Assembly (NCBI GenBank): GCA_039030515.1
Contig: JBCCEA010000003.1
Coordinates: 32,001 to 96,000 of the forward strand
DNA length: 64,000 nt
Origin: Myxococcota bacterium
GTDB taxonomy: Bacteria > Myxococcota_A > Polyangia > Polyangiales > Houyiibacteriaceae
Direction of reading: 5' to 3'
In this document: positions 38,650 through 52,202 of the stretch, piece by piece
Layout: each line of letters begins with the position of its first letter
How positions within the stretch are numbered: the first letter of the stretch is position 1
Made by a program: the position numbers and the translations under genes
The notes under the pieces: generated by a model
What the model was told of the DNA's origin: nothing
Databases searched by the model: none
The model's input: only the letters and a program-made list of their open reading frames with translations

Positions 38650-41600
38650 TGCGCAGGAGATTCTTGCACGTCGAGTGGACTTAGAATGCGGCTTATCGAG
38701 CGCTTGAGGTCTTCGAGAATCAGATAGCTCGCCGGTATCTGGATCAGGATGATAAAGGTCGCGAACAACACGCCGAATCCGAGAGAAATCGCCATAGGGA
38801 TGAGAAACCTCGCCTGAACGCTGGTTTCAAGGATCATCGGGACAAGACCAAAAAAGGTCGTGAGCGAGGTGAGCAGAATCGGGCGAAATCGCCTCACGCT
38901 TCCTTCGACCACCGCATCTTCGGTGCTGTGGGTTCGGCGGTACTCGTTGACGGCCACGATGAGAATGAGGGAATCGTTGACGACGACTCCGGACAGCGCG
39001 ACCACCCCCATCATGCTCATGACCGACAGTCCCGAATTCATCAGTACGTGACCCCAGATCGCGCCGACGAATCCGAAGGGAATTGCGGAGAGCACGATGG
39101 TGGGCTGTGCGTAGCTGCGGAATACGATCGCGAGCAAGCCATACATGATGATAAGGGCCATGAGGAACCCTAGTCCGAGGATCGTGAGTGCGTCGCTTTG
39201 TGCTTCCTGCTGTCCACCGAATCGGTAGGTCAAACCCGGGTAGTCCGTCATCAATTGAGGTAGCTCTTTTTCGACGAGAGAGGCGACGACCTGGTTGGCG
39301 TTTCCTTCGCTCTCATCAACATCGGCTGTAACACTGACGGTTCGTTTCCCCTCGGTGCGGTTGATCTCTGTGTATGCCCGGCCAAAATCTATCGTCGCGG
39401 CCTGGGCCAAGGGTATTTCTCCATTCGAAGGAGTGCGAACGATCAGCTGTTCTACGGAGTAAAGGGACTGACGTTCCTCAAGCGGCAGACGAACGTATAC
39501 CCGAACCTCGTCTCGACCCCTTTGTTGTCGAACCGCCTCTGATCCGTAGTACGCGCCTCGGACCTGGCGTGCGATATCCGACTCATTCAGTCCCAATGCG
39601 CGGGCCTCTGGCCGAAGCCGAATATCGAGCTGTTGTTTGCCCTGGCTAAAACCGGCATCGATATCCGTAACGCCCGCATACGATTGGAGTTTCTGCGCAA
39701 GCTCTGCAGCTGCCCCCTCCAAGGTTTCGGCGTCCGGATGCGAGAGCTCTACGTCGATCGCGGCTCCGCTGTCTGCCCCGATGGCGTATTCGAAGGTCAG
39801 GGATCGCGCTCCGGGAAGTTCTTGAACCTCGTCTCTCCATAGCTGCGCCAGTTCTCCCGTTGTAAATTCGCGTTCAGATGTCGGCACCAGGGCAAGCATG
39901 GCCGCAGCGATATGTCCTCCAGAGGATCCCGGGTTGAGCCTGTCCTCTTCGACCCGCAGTCTCGAACCCAGGGAAGACATCAAACCTCGCAGATCGTCTT
40001 CGCTGCCCAGACGGTGGAGCGCCCGATGGCCCGCGTCGACGAGCTCTTGCCGTAACCTGCTCGTTTCCGATGCGGGGGTACTCACCGGCATTTCAAGGTT
40101 CACCTGAACGATATCCCCCTCGATTTTGGGTAGGAAGGTGAACGGGAGTCGTCCGCCGGAAACGATGCCCATAGAGGCGAGAAATACGGCGATGCAGGTA
40201 GCGACCGTCACGTAGCGCCAACGCAAAGCGGCTCGGACGAAAGGTCGATAGCGGGTCTCGATAAAATTGGAGAGGCCTTTCGATACCCTTTTCTCGCCGA
40301 GCAACTCCATGAGCTTAAAGAGTGGAAAAAACAAGCCCTGCAGCCACCAGGGCATGCGGTGGGAGAGATGCGCGGGGAGTACAAAAAATGATTCGATCAA
40401 GGAAACGATGAGCACACCGATGACGACGGCCGGGATCACTCGGAAGAACTTGCCCATGAAACCCGGAATGAAGAGCATGGGAGAAAACGCGACACAGGTA
40501 GTGATGATGGAAAAGGTTACTGGAACAGCGACCTCGCGGACGCCCTGAATCGAGGCCTCTGCAAAGGATTTTCCAGCTTCACGCTGCTTGTAGATCGACT
40601 CTCCAACGACGATCGCATCGTCGACCACCATCCCTAATGTCACAATGAATGCGAATAAGGAGATCATGTTGATCGATACTTCGGCGATGGGAAGGAACAG
40701 CAGCGCTCCCGCAAAACTTATCGGAATGCCCAGAGTGACCCAGAAGGCGAGCTTCGGCTCGAGGAACATTCCCAGGATCACCAGCACGAGCATCAAACCG
40801 AGCGCGGCGTTGCGGCCGAGTAGCTCCACGCGTTCCCGGTACATGACCGATTGATCGTTCCACAGGGTCGCGTTTACCCCTGGAGGCCACTGTCGCAGTT
40901 CGAGGTGACGCTGCACTGCAGAGGAGACCTCGATGGGGGTCTCGCGGCCCACTCGGTAGACCTGGACCATGATCGCCCGGCGACCGTTGAAATAGGTTTC
41001 CTGATCGAGTTCCTGAAACCCATCGTGTACCTGTGCGACGTCACGAAGCCGGACCGTGGTTCCATCCTCCCGTGCGAGCAGAACGATATCGCCGAATTCT
41101 TGGCCTTGATCTCTTCGCTCGGCGGTTCGAAGCAATATTTCGCCGGAGTCGGTCTTAACGCTGCCTCCGGGAACCTCGACACTGCTTTGAGAAATCGCAT
41201 CCGCTATCGCAGGCAGGGTGAGTCCGTATTTGCGCAGGGCGTCCTGGGCCACCTCCACGCTGATCTCGAGGGGACGCGCGCCTGAGACCTCTGCGTAGGA
41301 AATGCCATCGTCGCTGAGCAGCTCTTCACGAAGCTGTTCTGCGAGCTGCTTGAGAACTTCCTCGGTGCTTTCACCCGGTTGATCGACCGCCGAAATCACG
41401 ACGGAGAGAACCTGGTTGCGGTTGGTGAGTAGGCTGATGACCGGCCGTTCTGCATCCTCGGGGAACGAAGAGATGCGGTCTACCGCGCTCTTGACGTCGT
41501 TTAGCGCAGCGTCTGGATCGGCTCCGATCAGGAGCCGGACGGTCACGCTTGCAGAGCCTTCTCGGGCGGTCGATTGAACCTCTTCTACGCCATCGAGCCC

Positions 41601-41927
41601 CCGGACAGCTTCTTCGACGGCAAGCACGACGCCCTGCTCGACTTCCGCTGGTGAAGCGCCCGGGTAGTCGATTTGAACGGAGACCGTATCGAGATCTACC
41701 TCGGGAAACACTTCCTGTTTGATCGATGTTGCAAGGACTATGCAGCCACCGAAGAGCAGAACGCTCATCAATATATTGGCCGCCACTCGGTTGGTCGCCA
41801 TCCAGGCGAGTGGGCCGCGGACCTGAGCCTCAGCGCTTGCCCGAGTGGCGTCCTCGTCGATGGCATCGGGCTGTGGCGTGTGCGCATCTTCCAAGGGACG
41901 CGTGTCTTTGGATGCGTATTCTGTCAT
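38577..41927 (-). CDS. RND efflux transporter permease (AcrB/AcrD/AcrF family)
   Basis: YPGASPAEVE, LGMVVDDAIVVGE, GVVVNDSLIL, RFRPILLTSLTT; TM blocks with two large periplasmic loops. Confidence 0.94.
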   Translation of the reverse strand: MTEYASKDTRPLEDAHTPQPDAIDEDATRASAEAQVRGPLAWMATNRVAANILMSVLLFGGCIVLATSIKQEVFPEVDLDTVSVQIDYPGASPAEVEQGVVLAVEEAVRGLDGVEEVQSTAREGSASVTVRLLIGADPDAALNDVKSAVDRISSFPEDAERPVISLLTNRNQVLSVVISAVDQPGESTEEVLKQLAEQLREELLSDDGISYAEVSGARPLEISVEVAQDALRKYGLTLPAIADAISQSSVEVPGGSVKTDSGEILLRTAERRDQGQEFGDIVLLAREDGTTVRLRDVAQVHDGFQELDQETYFNGRRAIMVQVYRVGRETPIEVSSAVQRHLELRQWPPGVNATLWNDQSVMYRERVELLGRNAALGLMLVLVILGMFLEPKLAFWVTLGIPISFAGALLFLPIAEVSINMISLFAFIVTLGMVVDDAIVVGESIYKQREAGKSFAEASIQGVREVAVPVTFSIITTCVAFSPMLFIPGFMGKFFRVIPAVVIGVLIVSLIESFFVLPAHLSHRMPWWLQGLFFPLFKLMELLGEKRVSKGLSNFIETRYRPFVRAALRWRYVTVATCIAVFLASMGIVSGGRLPFTFLPKIEGDIVQVNLEMPVSTPASETSRLRQELVDAGHRALHRLGSEDDLRGLMSSLGSRLRVEEDRLNPGSSGGHIAAAMLALVPTSEREFTTGELAQLWRDEVQELPGARSLTFEYAIGADSGAAIDVELSHPDAETLEGAAAELAQKLQSYAGVTDIDAGFSQGKQQLDIRLRPEARALGLNESDIARQVRGAYYGSEAVRQQRGRDEVRVYVRLPLEERQSLYSVEQLIVRTPSNGEIPLAQAATIDFGRAYTEINRTEGKRTVSVTADVDESEGNANQVVASLVEKELPQLMTDYPGLTYRFGGQQEAQSDALTILGLGFLMALIIMYGLLAIVFRSYAQPTIVLSAIPFGFVGAIWGHVLMNSGLSVMSMMGVVALSGVVVNDSLILIVAVNEYRRTHSTEDAVVEGSVRRFRPILLTSLTTFFGLVPMILETSVQARFLIPMAISLGFGVLFATFIILIQIPASYLILEDLKRSISRILSPLDVQESPAHQSSGNDAGSGSGGGMGGLITKDP

Positions 41928-43159
41928 TTCTCGAGTTGGACTGCCGTAGAGGATTCTGCGTCGCGGCCGGTGGTTTCGGCCACGCGAAGCTGCATACCTT
42001 GAACAGGGGTCGCGATCCGGCTTGTAACGACCAGCTCACGCCCGGAAAGCCCTTCGTGCACGAGCACTGTTTCGGGAAGTCTCCACGCCAGACGCACGCT
42101 CCGCACATCAAGCCTCCGATCGTCTCCCACTACGTACACTTTTGAGCCTTCGCGGAGGGCCATCCGAGGGATCTCCACCGCGTCTTGGAACGGCGCGATG
42201 GCGATCGATACGTCGACGTAGGAGCCGATAAGCAAGGGAATCGCTGATCGATCGCGTGCGTCTCCCTGGGCAAGCCCAAGGGGATCCTCGATCTCGACCA
42301 AGAGGCGTGCCATGCGACCTACGGCATCGAGATCGGGCAGCAGGCGAATGACCCTACCAAGATGTGTTCGCGTGTCGCTGCCGAGCGACTGATCGATCGT
42401 CGCTTCGGCACCCGGCTCGGTTCGCGTTGGAAGGTTCACGTAAGGTAGCTGATCTGCCGGAACGGCTACTTGGACCCAATAGGCATCGGTTCCTATGAGG
42501 GTAGCGATCGGATTCTGACCGCTCACTACCTGACCGAGCTCTACCTGCTCCGAAACTACGGTTGCGTTGAACGGGGCCCGAATTGTGGTGCGGCTGAGGT
42601 CCAAACGGGCTCGCGCTAGGTCGCTTTCGGCCGCCTGGATGGCGACCTCTGCGGTGTCGAGTTGGGGACCGCGAAGGGCCAAACGTCTTGCGTCTTCACC
42701 GAGTTCCGTTTCGCGCTCTCCGCGAAACACGTCCCACTCATGCTCGGCCACCACGCGCCGGCCCCGTTCGAGTTCGAGTTCAAGTTCGGCCTGTTTCAGA
42801 CTTGCAACCCGAGCGTCGACCGAGAGCTGATAGTCCGAAGGATCGATGCGTGCGATCGGATCCCCTTTCTCAAAGACGCCTCCACGTTCGAGTTCGTCGC
42901 TGATCCAAACAACTCGTCCCGAGACTTGGGCGATCAGATCGACCTCCTGCGCGGCCGTTACCGTACCTTGCCCTTGCACGCTAAGCTTTGGAGTGTCCGA
43001 GGTTGCGCGGGTAGTCCGCACCAAGAGACCTTGTGCTTTTCGGTCGTTGCGTTCCGCTTGAGGTTTCGTTGCGATCATCGAGGCGAGCGCTAGTCCACCG
43101 GAGCTTACGATGAGCCAGGGAACAAGAACCCGAAATGCTGTGCGTAGCCTGGTGCTCAC
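41924..43159 (-). CDS. RND periplasmic adaptor (membrane fusion protein)
   Basis: AQVSGRVV, TTIRAPFNATV; GTG start overlaps the OMF stop; ATGA overlap with the permease. Confidence 0.92.
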   Translation of the reverse strand: MSTRLRTAFRVLVPWLIVSSGGLALASMIATKPQAERNDRKAQGLLVRTTRATSDTPKLSVQGQGTVTAAQEVDLIAQVSGRVVWISDELERGGVFEKGDPIARIDPSDYQLSVDARVASLKQAELELELERGRRVVAEHEWDVFRGERETELGEDARRLALRGPQLDTAEVAIQAAESDLARARLDLSRTTIRAPFNATVVSEQVELGQVVSGQNPIATLIGTDAYWVQVAVPADQLPYVNLPTRTEPGAEATIDQSLGSDTRTHLGRVIRLLPDLDAVGRMARLLVEIEDPLGLAQGDARDRSAIPLLIGSYVDVSIAIAPFQDAVEIPRMALREGSKVYVVGDDRRLDVRSVRLAWRLPETVLVHEGLSGRELVVTSRIATPVQGMQLRVAETTGRDAESSTAVQLEK

Positions 43160-44655
43160 GACGCCACCCGATCGCTCTTGGCTCCTAGACCTTCGGTCCA
43201 CGAGCCTCCAAGGGCGCGCTGAAGCTGGATTCGATAGGAAATGAGCAGGCGGTGTGAACTGAGGAGCTCGAGTTCGGTATTGAGGGAGGATACAAGGGCG
43301 TTGAGCACCGGTAAGAAGTCAGAGAGTCCCTGCTGGTACCGTTGGCGGGAGGCTTCGACGTTGAGGGTGGCTACTTCGAGCTGTTGCTGTAGAAGCGATC
43401 GGCGTGTCGCTTCCGCACGCTCTTGAACGATCGCATTTTCAACCTCCATGATGGCGTTGAGAATGGTTAAGTCGTAGTTGGCGACCGCCTCGGCAAGCGC
43501 ACCTCTGGCTTCGTCGGTACTGGCAAGAAGGTTGCCGCCATCGAAGAGCGGCACCGAAAGTGTCGCTCCGGCATTCCATACCCAGCCGTTGTTGCTCGTC
43601 TCGAACGGTTGACTTGCTGCAGTGTCCGCAACTCCATCCCCATCGCTATCGACCTGTTGACTCAGCTCGCCTTCGACCCGGAGCCAGTCCTGACCGACCG
43701 AACCGTTCAAAGTCAGCGAAGGAAACCGCGAGGCCAAAGCCACGCCGACCGAGTAGTCCGCCTGCTTCACCCTGAGCTGAGCGGCGCGAACGTCGGGTCG
43801 ATCTCGCAATAAGTTCGTCGGCACACCGATGTCCGCACTCGGCTCGAATTCGGGTAGTGGAGGCAGTGCACCCGCAGATCGCGTTTCGGGTAGGTCTCCG
43901 GGAGCCGAGCCGAGAAGGACGGCTAGCTGATGCTGCGTCACTCGCTCGAGCGCCTTGACCTGCTGCAGACTTGCCTGCGTAGCGAGTACGAGTTCGTGCT
44001 GCTGATGCACATCGACTGCGGACGACAGGCCTTGTGCGAAACGCAAACGGAGAAGGTTTAGGACGCTTTCATTTCTCTCCGTTTGCGATTCGAGAATGGC
44101 ACGACGAGAACGTGCCTCAATGACGTCGTACCAGCCTTCGGCCACGCTGGCGGAAAGTGAAAGCGCGGCCGTCTCCGTGTCGGCTCTCGCCGCAAAAAGA
44201 CCCAAACGCGCCGCGTCGTAGTTGGCGTCGATGCGTCCGAAGAGGTCGATTTCGTAGGAAACTGGAATCGATGCCGATGCGGTGTAGGCGTCGGAGGTGC
44301 CGAGTGCCCCGCTGAGACTGCGGCTGTATCCTAAATCTCCCTGAGCGTTTATCTGGGGAAAGTAGGCAGAGCGAGCTTGCCGGCGAACGGCGTCTGCCTG
44401 TCGAATACGAGCAAACGAGGAACGAATGTCCGGACTGGAAGCGATGGCGCGCTCCACAAGGGCGTTGAGAACGGGATCTCCGAAGGTTTCCCACCAAGGC
44501 GTCTGGCGTGCTGCGGTGCTGCTCGTCGTTTCTGCCGGGGCAGAATCATAGTGGTCCTCGATCACCAAGGTGGGTTCGGGCTTCTGGGTTGTTCGGTACG
44601 GCAAGCAGCCAAAAAATAGTGACGCGGCGGTAGCGTAGTGCAGATATCTATTCAT
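43156..44655 (-). CDS. TolC/OprM-family outer-membrane efflux lipoprotein
   Basis: Lipobox FFGC; WWETFGDPVLNALVERA; SYEIDLFGR; RPDVRAA; RALGGSW. Confidence 0.93.
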   Translation of the reverse strand: MNRYLHYATAASLFFGCLPYRTTQKPEPTLVIEDHYDSAPAETTSSTAARQTPWWETFGDPVLNALVERAIASSPDIRSSFARIRQADAVRRQARSAYFPQINAQGDLGYSRSLSGALGTSDAYTASASIPVSYEIDLFGRIDANYDAARLGLFAARADTETAALSLSASVAEGWYDVIEARSRRAILESQTERNESVLNLLRLRFAQGLSSAVDVHQQHELVLATQASLQQVKALERVTQHQLAVLLGSAPGDLPETRSAGALPPLPEFEPSADIGVPTNLLRDRPDVRAAQLRVKQADYSVGVALASRFPSLTLNGSVGQDWLRVEGELSQQVDSDGDGVADTAASQPFETSNNGWVWNAGATLSVPLFDGGNLLASTDEARGALAEAVANYDLTILNAIMEVENAIVQERAEATRRSLLQQQLEVATLNVEASRQRYQQGLSDFLPVLNALVSSLNTELELLSSHRLLISYRIQLQRALGGSWTEGLGAKSDRVAS

Positions 44656-45080
44656 AGGACGTCTCTCTGGTCCGTCGTTGCAACTGAGCCTCTAGAGCGC
44701 AATCGGTGTGGGTCAAGCGGCTACCCCCATCCCCCGAAACAAGCTCGCAGTGCGATCTATTTCGGTTGTGTGTGTGTGGACGTACCTCGTTCAATTTTTG
44801 CCCAGATTTCCGTTCTATCAGCGTCCCTACACCTGGCTGCACGACAACGGCCGGTGTGAGGCGTTGGAACCTATCGGACGCATGATCGAACGCAACCGGG
44901 TCGCACTGAAGTCGCTCAGCGTTGCCGCTCAGGCTACGGTGGGTGGGACACATGACGCATTCGAGGTGTGCTTTTGTCGCTTCAAGCGTTGGGCTGTGGG
45001 TGCGCGGCGCAAATCACGGGGTGTTTCGAGATGGATCGAAATTTGCGTAACCTCGGGCGAGCGAGATTAGAGGTTGTGGC

Positions 45081-45653
45081 TTGACGGAAGCGGACTCCTA
45101 CCAGGCATTTCGTGTTGCACGTTTGGTGTTGCGCTTAAGCGACTGGGCACTCCTGCGTCGAAGCGACCTCAGCGGCTGTGTTCTCCTGGACGAGAGCCTT
45201 CGCATTTGCCTGCTGGGATTCCAGGATCTTTGGGAATGCTGGACGGTGCTTGAAATGGCGGGGTGGAGGCACTTTCCCGACGAGAGACTCGTGATACCCG
45301 GAACCGGGACTGTGCCACCGAGTCCGAATGCGGAGTTTGTCCTGGACGCTATCGAACCCTCCGTTCGACGGGTCTACGATCTCCTCGCAGGAGACCCTTG
45401 GGAACTGGTGCTGCCGAGATTGGCAGAACAAGCCTTTCACGCAGGTGAAGGCACGACGGAGGTCTTTCAGCGTTTGTCTATAGCGGTCGAGTCTCAGTCT
45501 TCTCACCACGGACGGGTTGAAGTTCTCCGTGAGTGGGACCGTCTGGTCTACGCCGCACACGCTATGGGATGTCCCGCTACGGTCGATGGTCTGCTACATT
45601 CGTCGATCGGGCGTCTTTTGTCGGTGGCGCTAAATACTCGTTGCGTTGCTTAG
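45081..45653 (+). CDS. Hypothetical protein
   Basis: 190-aa TTG-start ORF with AGAGG upstream; no motif recognised. Confidence 0.35.
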   Translation: MTEADSYQAFRVARLVLRLSDWALLRRSDLSGCVLLDESLRICLLGFQDLWECWTVLEMAGWRHFPDERLVIPGTGTVPPSPNAEFVLDAIEPSVRRVYDLLAGDPWELVLPRLAEQAFHAGEGTTEVFQRLSIAVESQSSHHGRVEVLREWDRLVYAAHAMGCPATVDGLLHSSIGRLLSVALNTRCVA

Positions 45654-45708
45654 GCAGTTTCTCAGTGATCGCCCGTAGCCGTGAGCACTAAGGTGATGCG
45701 TGTGGGCT

Positions 45709-45737
45709 GCTATCGATCGCGCCCTTAGATCGATAGC
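45709..45737 (-). terminator. 10-bp hairpin immediately downstream of tRNA-Val
   Basis: GCTATCGATC-N9-GATCGATAGC perfect inverted repeat; no U-tract. Confidence 0.45.
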
Positions 45738-45743
45738 TGGTAG

Positions 45744-45815
45744 TGGGCGGGACAGGGGTCGAACCTGCGACGTTCGGCTTGTAAGGCCGACGCTCTACCA
45801 CTGAGCTACCCGCCC
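45744..45815 (-). tRNA. tRNA-Val(TAC), CCA not encoded at the canonical position
   Basis: GGGCGGGTAGCTCAGTGGTAGAGCGTCGGCCTTACAAGCCGAACGTCGCAGGTTCGACCCCTGTCCCGCCCA. Confidence 0.96.
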
Positions 45816-45907
45816 AAATATCTCGCGTGACGTACGGAAATCTCCTCTAAGTCATTAATGCATGCTTGTCGAGCTTGATCGAGAACGGGCCTATTGCTGA
45901 AGCGCTC

Positions 45908-48412
<2,505 letters not shown>

Positions 48413-48452
48413 GTGCGCCTTTAGGCCGGTCCCCCGTCACGAAACGGCGGAC

Positions 48453-49706
48453 TTAGGCCAGCTCTGCCTCTTTCTCGTACACGATAAGGGGCTTTTCGCC
48501 CTTGGCGATCAGATCTTCGTTGACCACCACCTCTTTGATACCGCTTGATGAGGGTATCTCATACATGATGTCGAGCATGGCGTGTTCCATGATCGCTCGT
48601 AAACCCCTTGCTCCAGCATTACGCTTAAGCGCCTCACGAGCTACCTCGTGGAGCGCTCCTTTGGTGAAGGTGAGCTTCACCCCGTCCATCTCGAAGAGCT
48701 TACCATACTGCTTGACCAGGGCGTTTTTCGGTTGCGTCAGAATGTCGACCAGCGCGTCGGCGTTAAGTTCATGCAAGGTCGCGATTACGGGAAGGCGCCC
48801 GATGAATTCGGGAATGAGCCCAGCCCGGAGAAGATCCTCTGGCTGCACCTGAACCAGTAACTCTCCTACTCTCTTGTCTCGTCGTGAAGGTATGTCGGCA
48901 CCGAATCCGAGCGTTTTTTCTCCGATGCGTCGCTCGATAATGGAATCTAAACCAACGAAGGCTCCCCCGCAGATGAAGAGAATATTCGAGGTGTCTACCT
49001 GAAGAAAATCCTGTTGCGGATGCTTCCTGCCTCCTTTTGGAGGTACATTGGCGACCGTACCCTCGATAATCTTCAACAGTGCCTGTTGAACTCCTTCGCC
49101 ACTAACGTCTCTAGTGATCGAGGGATTGTCGCCTTTCCTGGCAACTTTATCGATCTCATCGATGTAAACGATTCCGCGCTGAGCCCGCTCGACATCGTGA
49201 TCGGCATTTTGCAACAGCTGCACGATGATATTTTCTACGTCCTCGCCAACGTAACCGGCTTCGGTAAGGGTTGTGGCGTCAGCGATCGCGAACGGTACAT
49301 TGAGAATCTTTGCCAAGGTCTGGGCAAGCAAAGTCTTGCCTGAGCCGGTAGGGCCGAGCAGCAGAATGTTCGATTTCTGCAACTCCACCTCTTCACTGGA
49401 AACCTTGGAGTCGATACGCTTGTAATGGTTGTGCACCGCGACCGAGAGGATCTTCTTTGCTCGGTCCTGGCCGATGACATACTCGTCGAGAATCGTTTTG
49501 ATCTCAGCCGGCTTGGGTAGTGGTGTTCCGGTAGATAGAGAGTCTTCTCTATCGACTTCCTCTGCGATGATGTCATTGCAGAGCCCGATGCACTCGTCAC
49601 AAATATATACGGTGGGTCCAGCTATAAGCTTTTTGACCTCTTTCTGCGATTTTCCGCAAAAAGAACATTGAAGATTACCGTGACCCTCGTCTCGCCTTCG
49701 ATCCAC
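48453..49706 (-). CDS. clpX: Clp protease ATP-binding subunit ClpX
   Basis: CSFCGK...ICDEC zinc finger; [27 protein letters not shown] loop. Confidence 0.98.
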   Translation of the reverse strand: MDRRRDEGHGNLQCSFCGKSQKEVKKLIAGPTVYICDECIGLCNDIIAEEVDREDSLSTGTPLPKPAEIKTILDEYVIGQDRAKKILSVAVHNHYKRIDSKVSSEEVELQKSNILLLGPTGSGKTLLAQTLAKILNVPFAIADATTLTEAGYVGEDVENIIVQLLQNADHDVERAQRGIVYIDEIDKVARKGDNPSITRDVSGEGVQQALLKIIEGTVANVPPKGGRKHPQQDFLQVDTSNILFICGGAFVGLDSIIERRIGEKTLGFGADIPSRRDKRVGELLVQVQPEDLLRAGLIPEFIGRLPVIATLHELNADALVDILTQPKNALVKQYGKLFEMDGVKLTFTKGALHEVAREALKRNAGARGLRAIMEHAMLDIMYEIPSSSGIKEVVVNEDLIAKGEKPLIVYEKEAELA

Positions 49707-49779
49707 TCCCGACCTGCCTCAAAATTTTCTCAGGGTTGACCCGATGGACGCTTGCACCGCCAACAAAACTTCCTCCCTG

Positions 49780-49808
49780 AGTGTAGCGTCGGCTCGATTT
49801 TGTGGCAA
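49780..49808 (-). promoter_or_regulatory. Sigma70-type internal promoter for clpX-lon
   Basis: Minus strand reads TTGCCA, 17 nt, TACACT. Confidence 0.6.
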
Positions 49809-49892
49809 GGCAGCGTCCAGATTCTGATGCCTTGAAATCGCCCGGAATAACATAGGTTTAGCGGGAGAATGCTCTCGGAGCTGTGCGGTCAA

Positions 49893-50543
49893 TCAGGGAT
49901 TTCCCGTAGTTGGAGGGTTTGCATCGGAACCACGGAGAGAGACGACATCGTCGATGATTCCGTAATCTGCAGCTTCTTGAGCATCCAGAAAGCGATCTCG
50001 CTCCGTATCCGCTTTGATTTTTTCTACCGGCTGACCAGTGTGGGTGGAGAGAATTACGTTCATTTGCTCGCGAACCTTACGCATTTCGCGGGCGTGGATC
50101 TCGATGTCCGTGGCCTGACCTCGGATGCCTCCCAAAGGCTGATGAATCATAATCCTGCTGTTGGGAAGTCCACGCCTCATACCTTTGGTTCCGGCAGCCA
50201 GTAGCCAAGCCGCCATCGAAGCAGCTTGGCCCAAGCACACCGTGGCTACCGGACAGCGGACGTACTGCATGGTGTCGTAAATCGCTAGCCCGGCAGTGAT
50301 CACGCCACCAGGGCTGTTGATGTACAACGTGATCTCCTTGTCCGGATCATCGCTTTCAAGAAAGAGTATTTGAGCGATAATTCCGTTGGCGACGCTGTCG
50401 TTTACCTCGGTTCCGAGAAAGACGATGCGATCCTTCAGAAGTCGGCTAAAAATATCCCACGTACGTTCACCTCGATGGGTGGTCTCCACGATGGTGGGAT
50501 ACGGTATCGACGCCCGAGGTGATGGAAATGGGTCGTGTATCAT
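49893..50543 (-). CDS. clpP: Clp protease proteolytic subunit
   Basis: [22 protein letters not shown] (Ser), IMIHQP (His); ATGA overlap with tig. Confidence 0.97.
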   Translation of the reverse strand: MIHDPFPSPRASIPYPTIVETTHRGERTWDIFSRLLKDRIVFLGTEVNDSVANGIIAQILFLESDDPDKEITLYINSPGGVITAGLAIYDTMQYVRCPVATVCLGQAASMAAWLLAAGTKGMRRGLPNSRIMIHQPLGGIRGQATDIEIHAREMRKVREQMNVILSTHTGQPVEKIKADTERDRFLDAQEAADYGIIDDVVSLRGSDANPPTTGNP

Positions 50544-51922
50544 CCGCTCTCCGATCCGGTTTCATCGCAACTGGGCTCCCCAATCTGATCTCCTGCCGCC
50601 TGATCTTCTGCTGCGTAGGAGGATGCCCCTGAATCACTCTCTTCGGCGGCCGTCTCTTTGATATGCGCTTTTGAGATCAGAAAGTCTATCAGCTTCTCTT
50701 CGAGGACGATGGCTTCTAAATCTTCGCGCCTTGTTCCACTCCACTCTGCGCGTACTTTCGCTATGTGTTTCCCGCTCTCTTCCGACATTTTCTTGAATTT
50801 GGCTTCGAGCTCCTCGTCCGTAACGACGATCTCTGTCTGCTTTGCAAGACTGCCCAGCAGAAGCGCAGCGTGAACCTGCCGCTCTGCCCTCTCGTTAATT
50901 GAGTCTGAGACCTCCTGACTGACGGGGGCATCGGGCGTCATGCCCATCATTTGCGAGAACCTCAGGTATTCTTCCCGCCCTCTTCTCCGCTGGCTCTCGA
51001 CTAACGATGGGGGCAGCTCAATCTTATTCGCTTCGATCAGTGCGTCGACTATCCGGGTTCGAAGCTGGCTCTTGGCGTTTTTCTCGCCGGCCTCTTCGAG
51101 TTTACGATGCTGGTCGCGTCGCAGGTCCACCAGCGTCTCATACTCCCCGCAATCCTTGGCGAACTCGTCGTCGAGCTTCGGCAGGACCTTCTCCTGCAGC
51201 TCTCGTACTTGCACGATGAAGTTTGCGGTCTTGCTCCGGAGTGTGTCGCTCGGATGATCGTCTCCAAAGCTGATCTCAAAGGACTTCTCCTCGTCAGGTA
51301 ACGCACCGACCAGTCCTTCCTTCACCTGCTGAACCAATTCATCTGAGCCTACCTCAACGACGCGCCCTGTGGCTCCAAGCTCCTCGAGCATCTCACCGTC
51401 GACCATCACCTGATAGTCGATGGTCAGCTGGTCTCCGGCGAGGGAGGGTCGCATAGGATCGGGCTCACGAAATTCGGCATGCCGTTCACGCAGCTGCTCG
51501 ATCTGCTGACTGACCTCTTCGTCGGTCACCGTCACAGTCGTGCGGGTGACGTCTAGGTTCTCGAAGCTCAAATGCTCGACGGTAGGCCGCACCTCGCACT
51601 TGGCGACGAAGCGCAAAGGCTCCCCATCCTCTATGGAGGGAGGCAAGATGGTGGGTTGGGCCACGATATCGATCTCATGTTGCACGATCGCCTGGGAGAG
51701 CCCCTCCTCTACGAGCTGCGCAGACACCTCGATGTGAACTTGCCTTCCAAAGAGGCGTCGAACCACCTGCTCGGGCACTTTGCCGGGTCGGAATCCCTTG
51801 ACTCGTGCCGTTCGGGCGATTTGTTTGTAGTTGCTATCTAGATCCTTGCGAACTCGCTCCCAGGGGAACTGCACCGATACTTCTACAAGAACAGGACTGA
51901 TTTCGCTTATCTGCGATTCCAT
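50540..51922 (-). CDS. tig: Trigger factor
   Basis: GFRPGKVP ribosome-binding loop; [18 protein letters not shown]; tig-clpP-clpX-lon order. Confidence 0.95.
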   Translation of the reverse strand: MESQISEISPVLVEVSVQFPWERVRKDLDSNYKQIARTARVKGFRPGKVPEQVVRRLFGRQVHIEVSAQLVEEGLSQAIVQHEIDIVAQPTILPPSIEDGEPLRFVAKCEVRPTVEHLSFENLDVTRTTVTVTDEEVSQQIEQLRERHAEFREPDPMRPSLAGDQLTIDYQVMVDGEMLEELGATGRVVEVGSDELVQQVKEGLVGALPDEEKSFEISFGDDHPSDTLRSKTANFIVQVRELQEKVLPKLDDEFAKDCGEYETLVDLRRDQHRKLEEAGEKNAKSQLRTRIVDALIEANKIELPPSLVESQRRRGREEYLRFSQMMGMTPDAPVSQEVSDSINERAERQVHAALLLGSLAKQTEIVVTDEELEAKFKKMSEESGKHIAKVRAEWSGTRREDLEAIVLEEKLIDFLISKAHIKETAAEESDSGASSYAAEDQAAGDQIGEPSCDETGSESG

Positions 51923-52202
51923 GGGCGCACTATCCTCCAGCGCCGGTTGGCCGCCAGCGCGATCGACCTCCGGCCACGAAGGACCGAACTGAATGGCCTA
52001 GCTTGACTTGGTCGACCTCTGGTTTCGGATTGACCCTGCCTCATCGGCCGAATTTATCTCGATTGGTGTACCGCTTCAGCTGGGCTTCCGCTTCCACGCT
52101 CTTCGGTGGGCGTAGTCCTGGGGCTGGTGTACGTCAAGGGGGATGGGTTTGCTGTGAGCAAGATGAGTTCCGTTTCGAGCAGGACCGTATCCTAGTCGAA
52201 CG

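Noticed and set aside
36356..45743. Active prophage, ICE or IS element in the inter-tRNA region
   Set aside because: No integrase, transposase, terminal inverted repeats or phage genes are recognisable; reported only as a possible old island.
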